The notes under the pieces: model-generated
Databases searched by the model: none
What the model saw: only the letters and a program-made list of their open reading frames with translations
Told to the model about the DNA's origin: nothing
In this document: piece after piece, positions 57,765-64,000 of the stretch
Layout: every line of letters starts with the position of its first letter
Numbering within the stretch: position 1 is the stretch's first letter
Program-made: the position numbers and the translations under genes
Source of the DNA: Balneolales bacterium
GTDB taxonomy: Bacteria; Bacteroidota; Rhodothermia; Balneolales; DATFMH01
Direction: 5' to 3'
Assembly (NCBI GenBank): GCA_035267045.1
Contig: DATFMH010000226.1
Span: forward strand, 11,427 to 75,426
DNA length: 64,000 nucleotides

Positions 57765-58713
57765 AGACCGTGATCTTTCGGATCTGGATGAACAGGAATG
57801 GGATGAATTTATAAGGTTATCCAATAATGGGACCCTTTTTTCGGAGGCCCGTTTCTTCCATCATCATGATCACCAAAAGAATGTAAGATTTATATCCTGT
57901 CATGATGGGATAGATATACTGGCCGGCGTAGTCGGACGATTTGAAGAGGATGAGTTCATATCTCCAACCGCGGCAAGTTACGGTGGGTTTATCATATTAT
58001 CATTGAGTTTTGAGCAAACTGAGAAAGCTTTGTTGGCGATCATGGAGTATTTCAAAGATATCGGGTTACGTAAGATAAGCATGACTTTTCCGCCAATTGC
58101 TTACAACAGGGAGATAAACCAGAATCTCGATTTCCTGTTACGTTATTATGGATTTACTGAAAGACAATCTCTTATATCGTCAATAACAGATACTACAGGC
58201 TATAGTGAGAAGTCACTTTCTTCTATGTGCAGGAGAGCTGTGCGAAAATCCATTAAAAAAAATATTGAAGTACAACCTGTAACGGATATTAACAAATTCT
58301 ATCCGATCCTCGAGGAAAATAAGGCCAAGTATGATTTGGAACCAACTCATTCAAAAGAGGAGATAAATTCACTGATGCAGCTTTATCCGGACAGGATAGA
58401 ACTTTTGGGTGCATATAAGGATAATAAGTTATTAGCTGGCGTAATGAATATGAAATGTACCGATAATGTTATCCTGACATTTTATATAGCTTCGGATTAT
58501 CAATACCAAAAACTTCGGCCGGTTAATCGACTTCTGCATGAGACGTGCCTGAAAGCCAAAAATGAGGATATTCGTTACGTCGATTTTGGCGTATCAATGG
58601 AGACGGATACTGATAATCCAATGGATCCAAGACGCTCTCTCATATTTTTTAAAGAGCATTTTAACTCCCGGGGTTATCTTAGAAGTCGTTTCGAGTGGAA
58701 TGATCAGAAATAA
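57754..58713 (+). CDS. FemAB-like / GNAT (Acetyltransf_6-like) family protein
   Basis: About 320 aa with a two-lobe architecture. The FemX-like arrangement was recognised by eye only, so the call is moderate. Confidence 0.5.
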   Translation: MIIKDRDLSDLDEQEWDEFIRLSNNGTLFSEARFFHHHDHQKNVRFISCHDGIDILAGVVGRFEEDEFISPTAASYGGFIILSLSFEQTEKALLAIMEYFKDIGLRKISMTFPPIAYNREINQNLDFLLRYYGFTERQSLISSITDTTGYSEKSLSSMCRRAVRKSIKKNIEVQPVTDINKFYPILEENKAKYDLEPTHSKEEINSLMQLYPDRIELLGAYKDNKLLAGVMNMKCTDNVILTFYIASDYQYQKLRPVNRLLHETCLKAKNEDIRYVDFGVSMETDTDNPMDPRRSLIFFKEHFNSRGYLRSRFEWNDQK

Positions 58714-59678
58714 TATTTGAAACTAACCGAATAAACATTACCGAAGCCCGTTTCAAAAGGGACATACGCAAAATCTGCCTGAATGTCATTTGCCAGAATG
58801 CCCAGGCCAAAACTCATTTTACGTGCCGTTGTTTTGCTGAATCGATAACCGCCATGAAGCTGAATCAGCTGTGCTATATCGACTGACAGACCACTTGTTA
58901 CGAATCCATTTGTTTGGGGTGTTAATCCACTTGACTGTTGGCTATCCGTAATATTGGCCTCATTCAATGGTTTTACGTAATCACTATTAACAGCTATGAG
59001 TACCGGTATTTCAGCATTCCCTGGTGTTGAAAATTGTATTACTTTTGCATGTATTCCGGCACTAAATGTCGTTGGAAGTTTACTTTTCGTTTCCTTTAGT
59101 TTACTCATATTACCGACATTCCGTATTGCAGCACCTAAACGAACTCTTTGATTTAATAAATTCAAAGCAGTCCCACCCGTCATAGCGTATCCCGTGGCAC
59201 TATTCTGGAAGAATTGTTCATAAAGATACATCATGTTTAATCCGAATGATAACGGTCCGAATTTTCGGGAATAAGCTGTAGCAATAGAGAAATTTTGAAT
59301 GGAAAAGGTACCATTTGATGCACCGGGTTGTTGACGTGATTCAATATTACTGACAGTGGATGTTAATACTCCAAATGCGATGGCATCATTTTTTCTTTTA
59401 AAATTGACAGAAGCATGACTTATTCGTGTATCTGCTATCCAAAAAGTGTAGCTGACATCAAGATTCGATCTTTTTTCCAATGCAAGGTTAGCCGGATTGG
59501 TATATAGGTCGGCTGACCCGGCCAGAACAGCTGTTCTCGCTTCGGACAAAGAGAGAGTATAAGCGTCCGGCCCAATATTTAGAAAAGGCAGGCTGCTGTT
59601 AAACTCCTGTGCAAAAACCGTTGAATAACAGAAAAATAAAAAACCAAAAGCAACTAATGTCAGAGAAAAATTTTTCAT
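58704..59678 (-). CDS. PorV/PorQ family outer-membrane beta-barrel protein
   Basis: Signal peptide. N-terminal block LSLSEARTAVLAGSADLYTNPANLAL matches the PorV/PorQ signature (..AR.a..G.A......NPA.L). The sequence ends in an aromatic residue (FKYYF). Confidence 0.7.
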   Translation of the reverse strand: MKNFSLTLVAFGFLFFCYSTVFAQEFNSSLPFLNIGPDAYTLSLSEARTAVLAGSADLYTNPANLALEKRSNLDVSYTFWIADTRISHASVNFKRKNDAIAFGVLTSTVSNIESRQQPGASNGTFSIQNFSIATAYSRKFGPLSFGLNMMYLYEQFFQNSATGYAMTGGTALNLLNQRVRLGAAIRNVGNMSKLKETKSKLPTTFSAGIHAKVIQFSTPGNAEIPVLIAVNSDYVKPLNEANITDSQQSSGLTPQTNGFVTSGLSVDIAQLIQLHGGYRFSKTTARKMSFGLGILANDIQADFAYVPFETGFGNVYSVSFKYYF

Positions 59679-59686
59679 AATTTAAC

Positions 59687-60718
59687 TTATAAAATAAGTC
59701 GTAAAGAAAATACGTGCATATTGGCTACACCATCTGGCTCTCTCAAAAATGCATAATCTATGGATGGTGAAAAATGATCGAATGGTAAATGTACTGAAAA
59801 ACCAAGAGAAGGTATATTTGTTTCACCTGATTGTTTCAAATCATTGACCTGCCAGCCGGCACGTAACGTGAATCGTTTATGAATGTGATAAGAGGCCCCG
59901 ATTCTCCAAAGTTTACTTTTAGAGGTGGCACTTTGAGTGATATCCCTTGTTGTTGGTATGCCGCTAACAGAGATCAACTCGGTGGTAATGGCATCGGATT
60001 GTTGTAACCGCAATTCCCAATCTGAGGCTACGATCAGTTTTTTATGTAAGAAACGATAAGACACACCTAATTTGAGTCTTGTAGGGAAGCGATCTTTTGT
60101 TTGGAGGCTGCCATTTGAACCATAATATTTCTGAGTATCCCAGGTATATGCGGCTAATAAATCCTGAATGGTAAACCCAATATTCAGATTGGTCACCGGT
60201 CGATATAAAAATCCAATATCAAAACCGGTACCTGTTGATGAAGAAACGTTTTTATGGAAATCAGCGTAATTGATTTTGACTCCGGCACCAATTTGAAGAC
60301 GTGAGCTAACATTGATTCCAAAATCGGCAAATAACTGAAATTGTTGTGTCGAGAAATAATTGGTATGATACCCACTATTACTACGGCCATCAATCGATCC
60401 CACTCTGGCATTTATTAACCCGATATCAATGCCTGCTTGTGGCGGCAACTTGAAAGTGGCATTAACGCTATTAAGACTGCGATTAAAAGTCATGGCTGCT
60501 ACGGAAATATCAACCTGATTGTTTTCTATAGCGGCAGCCAGCGCAGGATTATAATGGGCATAAATACCTTCATCTTCCACACTGGTCATGGCGTTTCCCA
60601 TAGCCATACCACGCGGACCAAATCCCATACGCGTGTAGGCGCCGGCATACCCACCATTTTGTGCACATGATATTCTCGCTGAAAATAATATTGCTGACAC
60701 TACCAATAAAAGAATCAT
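59687..60718 (-). CDS. PorV/PorQ-like outer-membrane beta-barrel protein (second copy)
   Basis: Signal peptide MILLLVVSAILFSARISCAQ, followed by GPRGMAMGNAMTSVEDEGIYAHYNPALAA. The ORF extends to 60814 (TAATG overlap with the upstream gene), so the start is uncertain. Confidence 0.65.
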   Translation of the reverse strand: MILLLVVSAILFSARISCAQNGGYAGAYTRMGFGPRGMAMGNAMTSVEDEGIYAHYNPALAAAIENNQVDISVAAMTFNRSLNSVNATFKLPPQAGIDIGLINARVGSIDGRSNSGYHTNYFSTQQFQLFADFGINVSSRLQIGAGVKINYADFHKNVSSSTGTGFDIGFLYRPVTNLNIGFTIQDLLAAYTWDTQKYYGSNGSLQTKDRFPTRLKLGVSYRFLHKKLIVASDWELRLQQSDAITTELISVSGIPTTRDITQSATSKSKLWRIGASYHIHKRFTLRAGWQVNDLKQSGETNIPSLGFSVHLPFDHFSPSIDYAFLREPDGVANMHVFSLRLIL

Positions 60719-60813
60719 TGTAAACTTACCTGATGGCAGCTGAATTTTGGGCACCAATATTTTATTAGGTTTAAACAAAATAATTTTCGAATAAATAATC
60801 ATGAATAATAACA

Positions 60814-62367
60814 TTATTGTAATACTAAAATCTTACCACCGTATTTGTGGTTGGGAGTTTTTATACGATAAAAAACAACTCCATTGGCAACGCGATGTCC
60901 ATGGGCATCCAGGCCATCCCAAACTGCTTCATGTGTACCGCTGCTCAAGTATTTATTATCCAGAACACGTATCAGGTTCATTCCAAAATCGTAGAGCTTA
61001 ATGCTAACATTCCCGCTGTTGGGTACCTTAAATTTTATTCTGACTATTCCGTGTTCACTTCTTGAATAGGGATTTGGATAAGCGTAACAATTAACATTCG
61101 GTGCATCTTTTTGAAAACGATTGCCTCCCTTAAGTGGAAGATTTACCCGCGTTATATCCCAGGTTTTTCCATTATCAATGGTTGAGGCAAGTCCATCACT
61201 GGTTCCAACCCAAAAACGATTTGTTGTTCGTGCCGTGGCGTAATATAAAGCATTGGCTTTAATAAAGGTGTTAGGGCTTTTAATTTGGGCGATGTGGTTC
61301 CAGGTCTTACCATTATCCTTGCTTATGAATAATCCGGAATCACCTGTGGCAAAGATGGTCGAATCGTGAAAGGCCAGGTTGTAGATCTTTTCACCGGCAA
61401 GATGATGCTTGAAGGTTTTTCCATGATCGGTTGTTGAAACAACCCCATATTGTTCATTGCCATTTACTACCCAATTGGTTAGCCAAACCCTGTTGGTACC
61501 TGGCTGTTGTTTGATGGTAATGATCCAATTACTCATCAGGCCGTCAATAGATGTCGAGGCTTGTTTATGATACCAGATGACACTGTCGCGGGGTGCCGCC
61601 AGGGCATTTGGTGAGATATTAACACCATCGGCCGTTCCAACCCAGACGTATCCGCTTTTATCTATTAATAAACCGAAACCAAGAAAATTGTTATCATTTC
61701 GGGGGTCAAAGCCAAAATTATAGGTATTGTTGGGATTCAAACTGTCGACACTGGTAGGTGGTAGAATCAGCCGATTCCAGTTTTTACCAAAATCCGTGCT
61801 ACGTATCACACCAGAAGCCCAGTTAACAGAAAAAATAGTATTGCCGTGAAAGGCAACATCATATGGTGGAGATTGTTCAGGTACAACAACAGGTAAGGTT
61901 TTGATGTTATTTGCTCCGTAATGATAAACCGTGTCATCTTTCGATTCGAGTGGTAATGAAATGAAATTCCAATTATTGCCACCATCAACTGATGTATAAT
62001 AACCCATACCAACGTCCGTAGCACTACCACTGACATCTTTTGTATAACCAAGTCCGGCAATAACGGTATCCCGACCTAAGGCTATAGAATAGAGGCGTCC
62101 CTGTCCGTTCGTGACTGAGTCGGCTTTATCAGCCGTATACCAATCAATTTGTTTGCCAATGTGGCGTTGTAACAACGGACCAATCCATAATGTGTCTCCA
62201 TAAGCATCCATGTTGGAAATGCCATTTTGATAAATTGAATTGACATTACCTTCGGGAACAGGCCCAACTATTTGTGCATTTGTCAGGTTGGCAAACAGTA
62301 ATAAAAATGAAACCGCAAAAATATAACTCATGAATTTGTAATTGAAGCTGTATAAATTATTCATCAC
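60814..62367 (-). CDS. BNR/Asp-box repeat beta-propeller protein with T9SS/FlgD-Ig-like C-terminal sorting domain
   Basis: Signal peptide. Repeated S/T-x-D-x-G-x-T/N-W motifs (SVDGGNNW, STDFGKNW, TTDHGKTF, SKDNGKTW, TIDNGKTW). C-terminal ~80 aa reads GNVSIKLYDFGMNLIRVL...GVVFYRIKT. Confidence 0.8.
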   Translation of the reverse strand: MMNNLYSFNYKFMSYIFAVSFLLLFANLTNAQIVGPVPEGNVNSIYQNGISNMDAYGDTLWIGPLLQRHIGKQIDWYTADKADSVTNGQGRLYSIALGRDTVIAGLGYTKDVSGSATDVGMGYYTSVDGGNNWNFISLPLESKDDTVYHYGANNIKTLPVVVPEQSPPYDVAFHGNTIFSVNWASGVIRSTDFGKNWNRLILPPTSVDSLNPNNTYNFGFDPRNDNNFLGFGLLIDKSGYVWVGTADGVNISPNALAAPRDSVIWYHKQASTSIDGLMSNWIITIKQQPGTNRVWLTNWVVNGNEQYGVVSTTDHGKTFKHHLAGEKIYNLAFHDSTIFATGDSGLFISKDNGKTWNHIAQIKSPNTFIKANALYYATARTTNRFWVGTSDGLASTIDNGKTWDITRVNLPLKGGNRFQKDAPNVNCYAYPNPYSRSEHGIVRIKFKVPNSGNVSIKLYDFGMNLIRVLDNKYLSSGTHEAVWDGLDAHGHRVANGVVFYRIKTPNHKYGGKILVLQ

Positions 62368-63206
62368 TTGACAAATACCAGGTGTGTTGTAGTTGTATCA
62401 CTGTGCAATCCGGTTTTATCAACTGCAAAATAGGAAACGGTTAATTTATCAGCCGTATTGGAAGAACTCACCTGGAATCTGCGGGTATAAACACTGTCGC
62501 CTTTAAAGGCATCACCGGAAACGGAACCTCCCACATTAGTAGAGCCACCATCGTCGTATAATAGGTACGGACTACCATTCAATGGCTTACCGGTGTTCTG
62601 GCTGACTAAGTTAACGAGTACGCTGTCAATATTCGATTGTCCATCCGGATCCGTGACTTTTGCCTTAAAATCAACATAACTGGTATTACTACCGGATGGA
62701 ATTTGAACAGAATCCGGATTACTCACACTAAGAACAACCGGAGGTTTACCAACATTACCTTGTACCGTGATAATGGTCTGATACCTGTTGGTAGATTGAT
62801 TTTGCTTGTCAATGGCAAAGATATACACCTGGTATTCCGCAAAAGCTGTTGTTTTTAACTGTAATGGATATTTCGTTGTAAACCGGGATTTACTTTTATC
62901 AAAATTAGTAAGCTGTCCGGTTGCGATGGCTTGCGATGATTGAAGGTCAATAACCGTAAAAAAAGGATCACTTTTTATCAGGGAAGTATCTGTTACAGTA
63001 GCTGCAAAGGTCAAATTAATGGTAGTATCTTTTTTTATGGCAGTGTTTTTAAAAGAAATATTCAGAGGAGATATTAAAACATCCTGTAAAATCACACTCT
63101 GAGTGTGAATGGGTTTAACGGAAGTAGTGTCACTGCAGGAAGTAAGAAAAACAAACGCAGCAATTAGCAGAAGAAAAATTCTAAAATGATTTAGATATCG
63201 CAGCAA
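62364..63206 (-). CDS. lipoprotein with Ig-like repeats (hypothetical)
   Basis: Lipobox FLTSC and beta-rich repeats (KAKVTDPDGQSNIDSVLVNL). ATGA overlap with the downstream BNR gene. Confidence 0.65.
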   Translation of the reverse strand: MLRYLNHFRIFLLLIAAFVFLTSCSDTTSVKPIHTQSVILQDVLISPLNISFKNTAIKKDTTINLTFAATVTDTSLIKSDPFFTVIDLQSSQAIATGQLTNFDKSKSRFTTKYPLQLKTTAFAEYQVYIFAIDKQNQSTNRYQTIITVQGNVGKPPVVLSVSNPDSVQIPSGSNTSYVDFKAKVTDPDGQSNIDSVLVNLVSQNTGKPLNGSPYLLYDDGGSTNVGGSVSGDAFKGDSVYTRRFQVSSSNTADKLTVSYFAVDKTGLHSDTTTTHLVFVK

Positions 63207-63421
63207 AATCTTGAACTAAAATTTTAAATGTAAATTGATTAAGTGAATAAGATGACGAAAGATATGGAATAATGTGAATATTCTTTCACCATTTTTAATC
63301 GAACACCGGGTGTAACAACACATTCAGCATAAGATAACATTAAATCACCTTTTTTATTGATTCATTATCATTTATTTACAGCAATCGCCGATATTTTTTT
63401 ATCAACTTTTTTAAAAGGCCA

Positions 63422-63449
63422 TTGACATTAGCAGGAAATGAATATAAAT
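63422..63449 (+). promoter_or_regulatory. possible sigma70-type promoter for the trp leader
   Basis: TTGACA (63422-63427), a 16-nt spacer, then ATAAAT (63444-63449). This would place the transcription start only a few nt before the leader ATG. By-eye match only. Confidence 0.3.
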
Positions 63450-63457
63450 TCACTGCC

Positions 63458-63511
63458 ATGATAAAGTCAGTACAGATATCCAATAGAAGTTGGTGGTGGT
63501 CGATTCGATAA
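63458..63511 (+). CDS. trpL: trp operon leader peptide MIKSVQISNRSWWWSIR
   Basis: 17 codons plus stop, with three consecutive TGG codons at 63491-63499. It is followed by alternative helices and a terminator directly upstream of trpE. Confidence 0.8.
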   Translation: MIKSVQISNRSWWWSIR

Positions 63512-63609
63512 GCGGATCGACGTTGGATAGTATTGTCTTTAATAAGAAATTTCAGAAACACAATGACGTCGGAACCCGCTTCAAGCAAACTTGAAGTGGG
63601 TTTTTTTTT
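63499..63609 (+). promoter_or_regulatory. transcription attenuator (pause hairpin, antiterminator and terminator)
   Basis: Helix 1:2 pairs 63499-63506 with 63514-63521. Helix 2:3 pairs 63510-63515 and 63518-63523 with 63576-63581 and 63566-63571. Helix 3:4 pairs 63574-63585 with 63590-63601 and is followed by T9. Confidence 0.8.
63574..63609 (+). terminator. attenuator terminator upstream of trpE
   Basis: ACCCGCTTCAAG-CAAA-CTTGAAGTGGGT forms a 12-bp stem with one G.U pair, followed by a run of nine T. It ends 13 nt before the trpE ATG. Confidence 0.9.
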
Positions 63610-63621
63610 GCTTATAACAAT

Positions 63622-64000
63622 ATGAAATACAATAAATTTAAAGATTTAGCCCGGGGATATAATGCGATTCCGGTGTATCGTACCATGATGGATGATATAC
63701 AAACCCCGGTATCGTTATTCCTGAAGCTGCGGGAAGGTGGGCGGTATCCATTTCTTCTCGAATCGGTTGAAGGTGGTGAAAATGTTGCCAGATACTCTTT
63801 TCTTGGCCGTAATCCCTATCAAATATTACGAAATCGTAATGGGGAATTGGTGCTGGAAAAAGATTCTGGTATTTATCCTTTAAACGGATCGTACTTTGAA
63901 AATATCAGATCCCTGATCGGCAAATATCGTGAACCGGTAATTCCTGATCTGCCGCGATTAACTGGTGGAGCGGTTGGCTATTCTTCTTACGATACGATTC
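63622..64000 (+). CDS. trpE: anthranilate synthase component I, N-terminal 126 aa (3' end outside window)
   Basis: Not in the ORF track because there is no stop in the window. Translation MKYNKFKDLARGYNAIPVYRTMMDDIQTPVSLFLKL..PFLLESVEGGENVARYSFLG matches the TrpE N-terminus. Confidence 0.92.
   Translation, partial: MKYNKFKDLARGYNAIPVYRTMMDDIQTPVSLFLKLREGGRYPFLLESVEGGENVARYSFLGRNPYQILRNRNGELVLEKDSGIYPLNGSYFENIRSLIGKYREPVIPDLPRLTGGAVGYSSYDTI

Noticed and set aside
63376-63588. 70-aa minus-strand ORF in the spacer upstream of trpE
   Set aside because: It lies antisense to the trp leader peptide and attenuator helices, which explain the sequence far better. It has no recognisable motif, and the region is otherwise regulatory.

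Overview
The window reads as a chromosomal, mostly housekeeping stretch of an FCB-group bacterium (Bacteroidota, Balneolota or Ignavibacteriota-like). Supporting this: PorV/PorQ-like barrels, a T9SS/FlgD-Ig-type C-terminal sorting domain, BshC, and an atpZ-I-B-E-F-H-A-G operon without atpDC. The taxon is an inference only. I can support about 58 protein genes, one tRNA-Ser(UGA), several intrinsic terminators and one leader-peptide attenuator.

Gene content from left to right:
- guaB (5' truncated) and a glycosyltransferase (GT).
- An M23 peptidase and a bactofilin, followed directly by the F-type ATP synthase operon and tRNA-Ser.
- An envelope-lipid or polysaccharide-like cluster: TolC-like, MlaC-like, GT8-like, Wzi-like, two GT4, a flippase-like membrane protein, DUF3047 and an MMPL/RND exporter.
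- recO, htrA, icd, mutL, a DUF3524 (queuosine-mannosyltransferase-like) GT, DUF1460, dnaB, a family-4 UDG and mtaB.
- An 830-bp ORF-free, hairpin-rich island.
- nuoA-H, which ends at a terminator with no nuoI-N.
- A BFN nuclease, bshC, 5-FTHF cyclo-ligase, a PspC-domain protein, tmk, an SRPBCC protein, aroE, pgeF, an HDAC-like protein, dxr, rseP, psd and pssA.
- A GT4, a Gfo/Idh/MocA oxidoreductase and a FemAB-like protein.
- A minus-strand operon: lipoprotein, BNR-propeller with sorting domain, and two PorV/PorQ-like barrels.
- A trp leader followed by trpE (3' truncated).

I found no transposase, integrase, phage, CRISPR, toxin-antitoxin or recognisable defence genes. I cannot honestly name a clear-cut new protein system.

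The best-supported unusual signals are non-coding:
- A textbook WWW leader-peptide attenuator upstream of trpE.
- The structured ORF-free island between mtaB and nuoH. It contains a 21-nt inverted hairpin pair and a module with mutually exclusive pairings.

Gene-context hypotheses worth testing:
- A TolC/MlaC/MMPL lipid-export set embedded in GT genes.
- A tight M23-bactofilin-atp linkage.
- A bacterial QTMAN-like GT.
- An SSB-like acidic tip on DnaB.
- A T9SS cargo gene followed by two PorV/PorQ-like barrels.

All functional calls come from motif recognition by eye. No searches were run.
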